Shown here piece by piece: positions 31,846-40,655 of a stretch of DNA of 64,000 nucleotides. Below the pieces are notes generated by a model that was not told where the DNA came from, searched no databases, and worked only from the letters and a program-made list of their open reading frames with translations. The DNA comes from Candidatus Krumholzibacteriota bacterium. GTDB taxonomy: Bacteria > Krumholzibacteriota > Krumholzibacteriia > JAJRXK01. The translations under genes were made by a program, and so were the position numbers. The stretch is from NCBI GenBank assembly GCA_963806035.1, contig CAWDWO010000008.1, positions 26,839-90,838 on the forward strand, in the 5' to 3' direction. Each line of letters begins with the position of its first letter. Positions within the stretch are counted from its first letter, which is position 1.

Positions 31846-32112
31846 TTACATGATCACGAAATCGTGGGCGCGCACCGTCTTGCGGCCGTTCGCCTTGGCG
31901 CGCTTGGCGGCCTGCTCGATGTACCAATAGACAAGGCCATTGAGACCATCGAGAGCATCACCGGCAACGTTGACACCGTGCTTCTTGAGCGCGACCTTGG
32001 TCTTGCTCCCCACGAGCAACATCTCCATGGCGGCCTTCCTGGGCGCGGCCTTCTTTCTCGTCGTCTTCTTCTTGGCGGTCTTCCTCTTGGCAGCGGTCTT
32101 CTTCTTGGCCAC
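31846..32112 (-). CDS. Bacterial histone-fold protein with a Lys/Arg-rich N-terminal tail (88 aa)
   Basis: GTG start 6 nt after AAGGAGG. Core MEMLLVGSKTKVALK...GDALDGLN...AAKRAKANGRKTVRAHDF ends in the RKTV..xD motif of prokaryotic histones. Confidence 0.88.
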   Translation of the reverse strand: MAKKKTAAKRKTAKKKTTRKKAAPRKAAMEMLLVGSKTKVALKKHGVNVAGDALDGLNGLVYWYIEQAAKRAKANGRKTVRAHDFVIM

Positions 32113-32264
32113 AGTGGGCCTCCTTGGGTTTTGATTGTCAAACGAGGAGCCGGTACCATACCGGTCCTTCAAGATCGACAACGAGTCCGAGGGAAGTCCT
32201 ACCCTTGGTGCAGTACACCGTGATGGAGTGGGGTCCCATTGCGACCCGTGCGCTGTAAGAGCCG

Positions 32265-32293
32265 GAAATAACTCAATCGCGCTGCGACGGCAA
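32265..32293 (-). promoter_or_regulatory. Putative sigma70-type promoter of the histone gene
   Basis: TTGCCG-17 nt-TATTTC on the minus strand. Confidence 0.45.
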
Positions 32294-32353
32294 GCGTTTT
32301 CGCGAGAACTTGTCCTCTGCCGAGCTGAGTTTGCTCGGCTCGGACCGCCATTC

Positions 32354-33496
32354 TCAGCGAGCAGCTGCCTCACTCGCGGCCGGGACTTTCTGGATCGCGA
32401 CCAACTCGAGTCGCAGGATGAGCGGACTGTTCGCGGGGACGACCCCCGGAATGCCTCGTGCGCCGAAACCGAGCCTGGCGGGAAGAAACACCCAGCGCTC
32501 TTCCCCCACCCTCATCTGCAGAAAGTTCATCTCCCATTGGAGGCCTCTGCGGGGCTCGCCCGCCTTGAGCACTTTGGGCTGTCCTTCCTGATAGGTCGAT
32601 TCCACCACTTTGCCGTCGGGAAGGTAGCAAGCGTAGTTCACCACGATGGACTGCCCCTGCTGCGGCCTCTTCCCCTCACCCTTCTTGCTTGTGATGGTGC
32701 GGCTGCCATCGCGCTGCTCGCGCGATTTCTTGCGCAGTGGATCGACCCTCTCGTGGAAGCGCTGCGTGTGCAAACGGGTGAGCTGGGTCGCGTTGAGGTC
32801 CTTGAGCTCTTGAAAGGTGGCCTCGGCGTCGAAGTTCTGGGCCGCCTTCCCGCGGCGTATGAACTTCACCGAGCGCAAGTGCACGTCCTCCGTCGGCTTT
32901 TCCTTCTCGGTGGGCACGGAGGAGATCGCCGAGACGACGTCCATCCCGAGCACGACCCTGCCGAAGATGCTGAAACGGCGATCGAGTTCGGGCTCGCGCT
33001 TCTCGGTGATGAAGAATTGACTGCCATTGGTATTGGGACCCTGGTTCGCCATCGCCAAAATCCCGGGATGATCAAACCTCAGGCCGGGCACGATTTCGTC
33101 GCGGAAGCGATAGCCGGGTCCCCCGGTACCAGTACCGGTGGGATCGCCCGTCTGGATGAGAAAGCCGCCGACAACCCGGTGGAAGATTACGCCGTCGTAG
33201 AACGGTTTCTGCGTCGTTTCACCGGTCTGCCGGTTGACGAGCTTCCGCGTCCCTTCGGCGAGACCCACGAAATTGGCGACAGTGAGGGGAGCGCGCTGGA
33301 AGTAGAGTTTGCACACGATGGCGCCCAGATCGGTCTGAAGCACCGCGTACAGACCATCGTCGGCGGTCGCTTCTTCGATGGTGCCGTAGCTCGGACCGCT
33401 CGCCTCGTCGGTGACATTTTGCGCGTGAACGGAGCTTAGCGGCGGAATGAGAAGCAATACGACGAGAAGAATGACTCTTGCGGAAGCGCGGTGCAT
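32354..33496 (-). CDS. Exported cyclophilin-FKBP fusion peptidyl-prolyl isomerase
   Basis: Signal peptide. Cyclophilin motifs FHRVV, QTGDPTGTG, MANQGPNTNGSQFFIT. FKBP motifs VNYACYLPDG, MRVGEER, GVVPANSPL. Confidence 0.9.
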   Translation of the reverse strand: MHRASARVILLVVLLLIPPLSSVHAQNVTDEASGPSYGTIEEATADDGLYAVLQTDLGAIVCKLYFQRAPLTVANFVGLAEGTRKLVNRQTGETTQKPFYDGVIFHRVVGGFLIQTGDPTGTGTGGPGYRFRDEIVPGLRFDHPGILAMANQGPNTNGSQFFITEKREPELDRRFSIFGRVVLGMDVVSAISSVPTEKEKPTEDVHLRSVKFIRRGKAAQNFDAEATFQELKDLNATQLTRLHTQRFHERVDPLRKKSREQRDGSRTITSKKGEGKRPQQGQSIVVNYACYLPDGKVVESTYQEGQPKVLKAGEPRRGLQWEMNFLQMRVGEERWVFLPARLGFGARGIPGVVPANSPLILRLELVAIQKVPAASEAAAR

Positions 33497-33734
33497 CGAC
33501 GATGGACCTCCAGATTAGCCTTCTGACGCCCACCACGGGCGAACCTCTGGAATCTAGCATCAGCGGCGGATTTCGCACAGGACTTGCGGTTTCCCCCGGA
33601 GGCTCGCCTCCCTCCCGGAGGCCTGACGCAAGAAGCGTCGCCCACGCCCTCAGCTTGAGAATTCAGGCCGCTGAAACTACTCTAGAACACTCCGAAGCCG
33701 GCGATTCTCCTTCCTTCGCGGATACGGGAGCTCC

Positions 33735-35465
33735 ATGGACGCGCAAAGTGCACTGATCCTCGCCGCCGTGGCGCTCTGCTTCGGCCCTTTGATCGCGGGC
33801 GTGCTGCAGCGGCGTTCCAATCTCCATGCCCTGCTGGATGGCTTCATCCTGGTGATGGTGGGGGGTCTGGCGCTCCTTCACCTGCTGCCCTACGCGCGAG
33901 ACTCCATCGGCGCCTGGTGCATTCCCCTGGCCGCCGTCGGCGCCTTCCTCCCCCTCTACACGGAGAAGAAGCTGCACCGCCACGATTCCGACGAATCGTC
34001 GTCGATCCTGTGGCTGGCGGTCATCGGTCTCGTTCTGCATGCCTCCCTCGACGGCGCCGCCCTCGCCGCCAATCAGGAGAGCATGCACGAGCATCTCGCC
34101 GAGAGCTGGAGTCTCCCCCTGGCCATTCTGCTCCACCGTGTTCCGGTGGGCCTGCTGATCTGGTGGTCGGTGCGGCCCCGGTTCGGATGGAAGATCGCGG
34201 TCGCGATTCTGGCCGCGATCGGAGCCGCCACTTTCGTCGGCCACGGCCTGAGCCGTTTCCTGCTGCCGCTCAGCGTCGGACCGGTATCGGGAATCATTTT
34301 TTCCCTTTTGGCGGGAGGACTGCTCCATGTCGTGATGGACCACCGCCATCAAGGCAAGCACGGGGGCATTCTGGTGAGTCCCGCATGGGCCGCCACCGGC
34401 ACCGTACTCGCGCTGACGATCTTTTTCCTCCTGCCCGATACGGTCCCCCCCGTCCTTCAGCGCGGATTCCGCAACATGGGCTATCTGTTCATGGAGAGTT
34501 CGTACGCAGTGGTGCTGGGCTTTTTGGGGGCGGGACTGATGACCATGGTCCCCGCGCGCTCCCTCAAGCAACTTCTGCGGGGCAGCACCGAGGCCTCCAG
34601 CGCGCTCAAGGGGATCCTCTTCGGACTGCCCCTGCCCATCTGTTCGTGCGGAGTCGTGCCTCTTTACCGCAGCCTCCACGCGCGCGGAGTGCCCGCGGCG
34701 GCGGCAACCGCGTTCCTGGTGGCGACTCCGGAACTCGGTTTCGACGCGGTACTGATCTCCATTCCCTTGCTCGGAACCTCCGTCACCCTGGTGCGGCTGG
34801 CGGCCGCGTTTCTCGTGGCGCTGATCGCGGGACTGGTGGCGGGAAAACTCATGCCTTCCAGCGTGTCGAGCAGCCCCGAGGATCCCGCCACTTTCCCACC
34901 GAGGAACGATCTCAAGGGGGCACTGGATTTCGGGGTGCGCGAACTCTTCGACGACCTGGGGCCCTGGGTCCTGGTGGGAATTCTCGTCGCCGGACTCATC
35001 GAACCCATCCTGATGAACGGACTGATCGGGCTCATCCCCGCGTTGATCCAGGTCCCGCTCTTCGGGCTGGTGGCGACCCCCTTCTACGTCTGCGCTTCGG
35101 GAGCGACGCCGATCGCGACCATATTTCTGGCCAAGGGCGCCTCGGTGGGCGCGGTGCTGGCCTTTCTCCTCACGGGTCCCGCCACCAACGTCACCACCTA
35201 CGGCGCCATCAAGGGCGTCCACAAACGACGCGCGGTGTGGATCCTGATGCTGACGGTTCCGTTGAGCAGCATTCTCTTGGGATGGATCGTCAATCTCATG
35301 CCCGGGCTCGCCGCGACGGTTCCGGAGCTGGGGAGCCACGCTCACGCCTACCACTGGTGGCAGAAGGCGGGGGTGGTGTTCTTCGCCGCGCTGCTCTTGG
35401 GATCGCTCTACCGGCTCGGTCCGCGGGGCCTCTTGCGTCAGGTGGGAATCGGCCGCGGAGCTTGA
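33735..35465 (+). CDS. Metal permease: ZIP-like N-terminal domain fused to a DUF318/ArsP-type permease
   Basis: N-half has LHLLP, LHASLDG and LLHRVP. C-half has PICSCGVVP, FLVATPE, YVCASGATP and FLLTGPATN. Confidence 0.75.
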   Translation: MDAQSALILAAVALCFGPLIAGVLQRRSNLHALLDGFILVMVGGLALLHLLPYARDSIGAWCIPLAAVGAFLPLYTEKKLHRHDSDESSSILWLAVIGLVLHASLDGAALAANQESMHEHLAESWSLPLAILLHRVPVGLLIWWSVRPRFGWKIAVAILAAIGAATFVGHGLSRFLLPLSVGPVSGIIFSLLAGGLLHVVMDHRHQGKHGGILVSPAWAATGTVLALTIFFLLPDTVPPVLQRGFRNMGYLFMESSYAVVLGFLGAGLMTMVPARSLKQLLRGSTEASSALKGILFGLPLPICSCGVVPLYRSLHARGVPAAAATAFLVATPELGFDAVLISIPLLGTSVTLVRLAAAFLVALIAGLVAGKLMPSSVSSSPEDPATFPPRNDLKGALDFGVRELFDDLGPWVLVGILVAGLIEPILMNGLIGLIPALIQVPLFGLVATPFYVCASGATPIATIFLAKGASVGAVLAFLLTGPATNVTTYGAIKGVHKRRAVWILMLTVPLSSILLGWIVNLMPGLAATVPELGSHAHAYHWWQKAGVVFFAALLLGSLYRLGPRGLLRQVGIGRGA

Positions 35466-35498
35466 GGAGACCGGACATGCGCCGGCACCCGGCCGCGC

Positions 35499-36089
35499 TC
35501 AGGCGCCGGTGGCAAGAGCGACGCTGAGAATGGCCTGAACGAGTCCGATCACGAAGCCCAGCACACCGCCAAACAGCGTGATGTAACGAAACTGCTTGCG
35601 AGAGAAGCCCAGGATGAGCTCCTCGAGAGCGGCGATGTCCATTTCGTTGATGCGGTCCTCGATGCGGCGCGCCACGTCGAAGCCGCCGTCTTGCTCGACC
35701 GCCTCCTCCGCCATCTCCTCGATGCCCCCGAGCAGACGCTCGACGATCATGGGCTTGAAACTCTGCGCCATCGCGGCGATGGGTCCCAGACTTCGTAGCA
35801 TCTCCTCCACCTTGGACTCGACCTTCCGATGGACCCGCTCTCCGGTGAAGAACTCGTGGATCTCGCGGGTGGACAGAAGCTTGGTCTCGAAGGTTTCGGC
35901 GATGTTGCGCGCGATGGTCGCCCGCTGCGCCGGAATCAATCCGGGGGTGAAGGGCAGACGCCAAGGGCCCAGCTTTTTCGCGGTGTAGGGATGAAAGAGC
36001 ATCCGGATGGCGATGTCGTTGGTGATCAGACCGATCGCCGCCCCCACGAGGGGGAAAATCAGAAATTCCCAGGCAGTGACTGCTGGCAT
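35499..36089 (-). CDS. DUF445 family membrane protein
   Basis: GAAIGLITNDIAIRMLFHP...GLIP and a C-terminal YITLFGGVLGFVIGLVQ. Confidence 0.88.
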   Translation of the reverse strand: MPAVTAWEFLIFPLVGAAIGLITNDIAIRMLFHPYTAKKLGPWRLPFTPGLIPAQRATIARNIAETFETKLLSTREIHEFFTGERVHRKVESKVEEMLRSLGPIAAMAQSFKPMIVERLLGGIEEMAEEAVEQDGGFDVARRIEDRINEMDIAALEELILGFSRKQFRYITLFGGVLGFVIGLVQAILSVALATGA

Positions 36090-36289
36090 GCATGGACCTC
36101 CGCGAAAGACGGATACAGTAGCTCCAGGAGGGGCGGGCGCAAGGGCGCGCCCCGGGGCGAAGGAGGCGTTCCGAAAGACTCGTGAAAAATACTTAGTGCT
36201 TTTATGGTAATTATAAATATCTTAGTTTCTCTGATTGTATCGTATTCTCCGCTTGCATTTCCCTAGCTTCGCCTTTTTATACTGATTTT

Positions 36290-36955
36290 ATGGAATTCCT
36301 CAGCTCTGCGCCCTCTCATCTGGTCCTGGCCGGCGAACTCGTCCGTCCCGGCGCGACGCCCGCGGCCAGCGCCGTACTGCAGCGGCTGGAAGCGGCGCTG
36401 GCGGAGCTCTCGCGCTTGCACCGCCGCCACCTGCGCACGCCGCTGGAGTGGAGCGGAGAGCAGGGGCGCTTTCTGGCGCTGCTGCGGCACCCCTCTGCCT
36501 TCTGTGAGCTGGCGGCGGATCTCGAGACGGAGGCCCCGGGACTGCCTTTGCGCTGGGGTCTGGGTTGGGGGACTGTCCACGGAGAGCTGCGCCCGCGGGT
36601 GCACGGAATGGGTGGCCCCTGCTTCGACCACGCGCGGGCCGCGCTCGCGACGGCACGCCGCGAAAAGGCCTGGGCATCCTGCCTGGGTTTCGAGGAGGAG
36701 CCGCAGCTGCTGCTGAACGGCCTCTTGCGGCTGCTCGGGGCGGTGCGCATGCGCTGGAAACCGAAGCAGCGTGAAACCATCGCTCTGGCGCGCGCGCACG
36801 CGCGCCGCAAGGATGTCGCGCGTCTGAGGGGCGTGAGCGAGGCCACGGTGAGCCGTTCCTTGGAGGGAGCGCTCTTTGCGCCGGTGCTGGCCGCGGAATC
36901 CGCGCTCACCACCGCCCTGGCGCTCTTCACGGAGCAACCGTCCTCCCCATCCTGA
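36290..36955 (+). CDS. SatD-like protein with a C-terminal HTH
   Basis: LRWGLGWG...GMGGPCFDHAR and W.PKQRE...VARLRGVSEATVSRSL. The N-terminus is divergent. Confidence 0.7.
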   Translation: MEFLSSAPSHLVLAGELVRPGATPAASAVLQRLEAALAELSRLHRRHLRTPLEWSGEQGRFLALLRHPSAFCELAADLETEAPGLPLRWGLGWGTVHGELRPRVHGMGGPCFDHARAALATARREKAWASCLGFEEEPQLLLNGLLRLLGAVRMRWKPKQRETIALARAHARRKDVARLRGVSEATVSRSLEGALFAPVLAAESALTTALALFTEQPSSPS

Positions 36956-36956
36956 T

Positions 36957-37928
36957 CTATCGAACCGCGCGCATGTTCTCCACGTTGGCGCGCATGACGC
37001 TCAAGAAGTCTCCCTCGGCGGGGCGGTTCGCGCAGGGATCGAAGACGACGCTCTGGATGCCCATCTGCAAGAGCTTGCGCTTGCTCGCGGGCAAGGGTTC
37101 GCCCTCCCAGATCAACCAGCCCGCATTCTGCTTCTGCTGAAGTTCGGTGAGGTGGTCCCATTGCTCCTGACTGGGAAACTCGCCCGGCTCCCACAGCATC
37201 GCGATCAAATTCAGGCCGTAGCGGCGCCCCAGGTACTGGAAGATGGGATGAGACGCAAAGAGCGTCTCACCGCGGTGCCCTTGCATCAGGGAACGCAGGC
37301 TGGAATCCAAATCGAGGAGGTCCTGTTGCAGCGACTCATAATTGCGCCGCAGCAGGAGGCTGTCGGCGAAATCGTGCGCCACGAAGGCCTCGTAGACCGC
37401 CTTCGCCTGCCGGTTCGCCTGCGAAAAGTCGATCCAGGTGGTAAACACGGTGCCCGCGTGCGAGTGCTTGCCCGAGGGTCCGTGGGAGTGCGTGATCGCG
37501 TTGGGGATCACGATGAAGCTGTCGGCAAAACTCGCGGAAGTGTCGACCAGCTTCTCGGGAGGTAGAGTGGCTCGCTTGACCCACTTGGCATAGTCGGCCC
37601 CGTTCAGGAGGATCAAGTCCGCGCTCTGGTAACGAAGAACCTCCTCCGCCGTGGGATTCCAAAAGGCGGGGTCCAGCCCCTCAGGGGTCGGGAAGATCAC
37701 CTCGATGCCCTGTCCGCCGATGCGCTCGGCAAAGTAGCTGAGCGGGTAATTCACGGTGTAGACCACGGGTTTGTGGTGCAAGGGGGAGGGGCTCTGCTCG
37801 CTCTGCCGCGTATGATCGCCCTTTTGGGCGCACCCCGCAGCATTCATCGACGCGAGCACGAGCATAGCGCAAAGCAAATTGCCGGCTCTGCGAAGCCGAG
37901 CGGAAACACCGCGTGAACTCATCGCCAT
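36957..37928 (-). CDS. ZnuA/TroA-fold substrate-binding lipoprotein
   Basis: Lipobox AAGC, YPLSYFAERIGG, ADLILLNG and a His loop THSHGPSGKHSH. Confidence 0.85.
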   Translation of the reverse strand: MAMSSRGVSARLRRAGNLLCAMLVLASMNAAGCAQKGDHTRQSEQSPSPLHHKPVVYTVNYPLSYFAERIGGQGIEVIFPTPEGLDPAFWNPTAEEVLRYQSADLILLNGADYAKWVKRATLPPEKLVDTSASFADSFIVIPNAITHSHGPSGKHSHAGTVFTTWIDFSQANRQAKAVYEAFVAHDFADSLLLRRNYESLQQDLLDLDSSLRSLMQGHRGETLFASHPIFQYLGRRYGLNLIAMLWEPGEFPSQEQWDHLTELQQKQNAGWLIWEGEPLPASKRKLLQMGIQSVVFDPCANRPAEGDFLSVMRANVENMRAVR

Positions 37929-37938
37929 TCCTCCCGCT

Positions 37939-39120
37939 TCAAGAGAGAATCAAACTGCGGATGATCGCCGAGCCGAAATGGGATGTGACGAGAGTCAGGC
38001 CACCGGCCAAGAGAACGCTCAACACGAGCACCGCGACGATCTCCGAGACCAGGAGCGCGGAAATGCGCCTCTTCGAACCGCCGATCTTCATCATGGTGCT
38101 AATCTCGCGTCGCCGCAGCCGCAGAGACAGCATGAAGACCAGGATTGCAGTGGCCAGGGTGGCCAGGCCAACGATCAAGACGGCGGCGATCAAATAGCTC
38201 TGCACGGTGAAGATGGTAGCGAGGAGATCGTGCATGACCTCGCGCGGGCTCACGAGTTGCACGGGCTCTTTCGTGGACAGATAGCGTCCCCGCAGCAGAG
38301 TGGATGCCTTTTCGCTCTCGGGTAAGACGATGGCGGCAGTGACCGGGAAGTCCATCGGATCGCCGTGGAAATGGAAGGAGGCGATGTTCTCCGGGGTGAC
38401 CTCGTTGTATTGCATGAGCGAGGAATTCGCGACGACTGTGTTGCCCTCTTTCTGCAGGACCTGCGCCCTCGCCCCCGGTTTCGTGAGGTCCTGGTGGCCG
38501 TGTCCGATACCCGCGATGATCCAGGTCGTCTTGAGATCGGTGAAGATCGCGCGGTCGTCCGGGGTGTAGCTGCGTTCCAGCACTCCCACCACCCGCATTT
38601 TCAAAGGATAGGCGCCCGCGAGATCGAAGACGTTTTCCGCCGAGGAAACCAAGTGATCACCGACGGTGATCTTCAGCCGATGCGCCACTTCCCAGCCCAC
38701 CACGCATTCCCCCAACAGAGCCAGGGTGCGGCCGGACTTCAAACGCAAATCGCGGCACGTGAAGTAGTCCAGAGTCGTGCCCACGATGGGAAAGCCGCGA
38801 CAGCGGAAACGGGTGTAAAGAGGAATGGGCCGCGCGAGATGTGAGGAGTCTACTCGCGCGATCTCGGCGTAACGCATCGGGTCGGGGACTTCCGATTCGA
38901 AGTAAAGTGAGTTCAGTGTCAGTTCCAGCGGACTACCCTTGGCTCCCAGGAGCAAAGGAGTCACTCTGGCCCGCGCGATCAGTTCCGCCCGGCTCTGAGT
39001 GGCCAGAACCCGCAAGCCGACCGGAAGATAGATGATGAGGGTGATCGAGGTCACCAGGATCGCGGTCTTCACCCGGTGGTAACTGAGATAGCGCGAGGCG
39101 AGATAGAAGATCTCTCTCAT
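37939..39120 (-). CDS. ABC transporter permease, FtsX/MacB family
   Basis: One N-terminal TM, a large periplasmic domain, then three TM segments (RRREI...KIGGS). Contains GAKGSPLELTLNSLY. Confidence 0.85.
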   Translation of the reverse strand: MREIFYLASRYLSYHRVKTAILVTSITLIIYLPVGLRVLATQSRAELIARARVTPLLLGAKGSPLELTLNSLYFESEVPDPMRYAEIARVDSSHLARPIPLYTRFRCRGFPIVGTTLDYFTCRDLRLKSGRTLALLGECVVGWEVAHRLKITVGDHLVSSAENVFDLAGAYPLKMRVVGVLERSYTPDDRAIFTDLKTTWIIAGIGHGHQDLTKPGARAQVLQKEGNTVVANSSLMQYNEVTPENIASFHFHGDPMDFPVTAAIVLPESEKASTLLRGRYLSTKEPVQLVSPREVMHDLLATIFTVQSYLIAAVLIVGLATLATAILVFMLSLRLRRREISTMMKIGGSKRRISALLVSEIVAVLVLSVLLAGGLTLVTSHFGSAIIRSLILS

Positions 39121-39812
39121 CGAACACCGTCCGCAGCTGAGAGGCGCTCGCTTGCCTCGCCGTGGAAACGGCTGAAGTCGACGACTCGCTCAAAACGCTC
39201 GAGCAAATCGTGATCGTGGGTCACGGTGAGCAGAGTCGCTCCCTCCCGTTCCACGTACGAAAAAAGAATGTCCAGGACCCTGCCCTTGTTGCGCGGGTCC
39301 AGGTTTCCCGTGGGCTCATCGGCCAGAATCAGTCTGGGCCGGGGAAGTAGGGCGCGGCAGATGGCCACACGCTGCCGCTCGCCCTGAGAAAGCTGGTCGA
39401 CGTAACGTCCCGAGTCGTGGGAGATGCCCACCTCCGCGGCAAGCTCGGCCGCTCTCGCCTTCACCTCCGGCGCCAGCCTCAGGGCGGAGTGAATGCGGTA
39501 AGGAAGCAGGATGTTGTCGAGTACCGTGAGGTACTCCAGAAGTTCGAACTCCTGGAACACCAAGCCGATGTTGAGGATGCGAAAGGACCGTCTCTCTGCG
39601 TCGCTCAAGCCGCTCAACTCGGTGCCATCGTGCACGACCTTCCCCGCAGCGGGGGTCACGATTCCACCGACGAGGTTCAGAAAAGTCGTTTTGCCCGTTC
39701 CACTGGGCCCGATCACCGCCACCGATTCCCCGGTTTCAAAGCTGAGATCGGGGATCCGCAGACTGAACTCGCCGTCCGGATAGTGGAACTCGAGTTCACT
39801 GAGGGTGATCAT
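39117..39812 (-). CDS. ABC transporter ATP-binding protein (LolD/MacB type)
   Basis: Motifs [27 protein letters not shown] and VTHD. Confidence 0.95.
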   Translation of the reverse strand: MITLSELEFHYPDGEFSLRIPDLSFETGESVAVIGPSGTGKTTFLNLVGGIVTPAAGKVVHDGTELSGLSDAERRSFRILNIGLVFQEFELLEYLTVLDNILLPYRIHSALRLAPEVKARAAELAAEVGISHDSGRYVDQLSQGERQRVAICRALLPRPRLILADEPTGNLDPRNKGRVLDILFSYVEREGATLLTVTHDHDLLERFERVVDFSRFHGEASERLSAADGVR

Positions 39813-39831
39813 CGCGATCGTCGCCCTGCCA

Positions 39832-40530
39832 TCACTGGCTGTAGCGGTCGTCGCGCCAAGGATGGGCCGTGTTGGAGTAACCTCTCTGCTCCCAGAATCC
39901 AGGCTGATCTTCCGTGAGGATCTCGATCCGTTTTATCCACTTGGCACCCTTCCACGCATAGAGTTGCGGAGTGATCATTCGCACGGGCCCCCCGTGCTCG
40001 TGGGGCAGAGCTTCGCCATTGGCCTCGTACACCAGAAGAACGTCGTCCTTGAGCGCCTCCTCCAAAGGGATGTTCGTGGTGTATCCATCGTAGCCGTGGC
40101 AGAGCAAGTGACTCGCGGCCTCCTCGGGTGCGGCCCGAGCCAGAATCTCGCTCACCCGAACTCCCTTCCAGTGGATGTCCATCTTGGACCAGGTCGTGAC
40201 GCAATGGAAGTCGCTCGTATCTTCCACTTGTTCGAAAGCGCGGAAGCCTTCCCAGTTGAGATCGAAGGGATGGGCACAGGCGCCGTCGACGCGCAGCCAC
40301 CAACTCTCACGGGAGAGCTGGGGATTGACTCCCAGATCGAGCACCGGCCACTTCTTGGTTTCGGTCTGGCCCACCGGCAGACGAGGCATCCCGTGGCGGT
40401 TCAAAGGACCGCTCCCCTGTGGCTCTTGGTCGGAGGCGCCGGGGGTCTCTTGCATCTTGCGCAGGAAACGCTCGCGGAGCTTCATGCGCTGCCTGACGAT
40501 TCGCTCTTGGCTGGATTCTCGGCCGGACAT
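39832..40530 (-). CDS. Sulfite-oxidase-family molybdopterin oxidoreductase (YuiH/MsrP-like)
   Basis: Motifs DFHCVTTWS, YTTNIPL, HGGPVR, YAWKGAKW and GFWEQRGY. Confidence 0.9.
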   Translation of the reverse strand: MSGRESSQERIVRQRMKLRERFLRKMQETPGASDQEPQGSGPLNRHGMPRLPVGQTETKKWPVLDLGVNPQLSRESWWLRVDGACAHPFDLNWEGFRAFEQVEDTSDFHCVTTWSKMDIHWKGVRVSEILARAAPEEAASHLLCHGYDGYTTNIPLEEALKDDVLLVYEANGEALPHEHGGPVRMITPQLYAWKGAKWIKRIEILTEDQPGFWEQRGYSNTAHPWRDDRYSQ

Positions 40531-40655
40531 CTCGTCTCCGCGTTCGCGGGGGAAAATCGAAGGAAGGGGGAGAAAGTGGGACTGGACATAGTATGATCAC
40601 GATGGAGCGCGCTCGCACCCGGAAACGGGACTCTGAACTCGATCGCGGAACTGCC

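Noticed and set aside
32113..32373. 87-aa N-terminal extension of the histone ORF in the ORF track
   Set aside because: A strong AAGGAGG RBS precedes GTG 32112. The extension overlaps the upstream gene end and a putative promoter.
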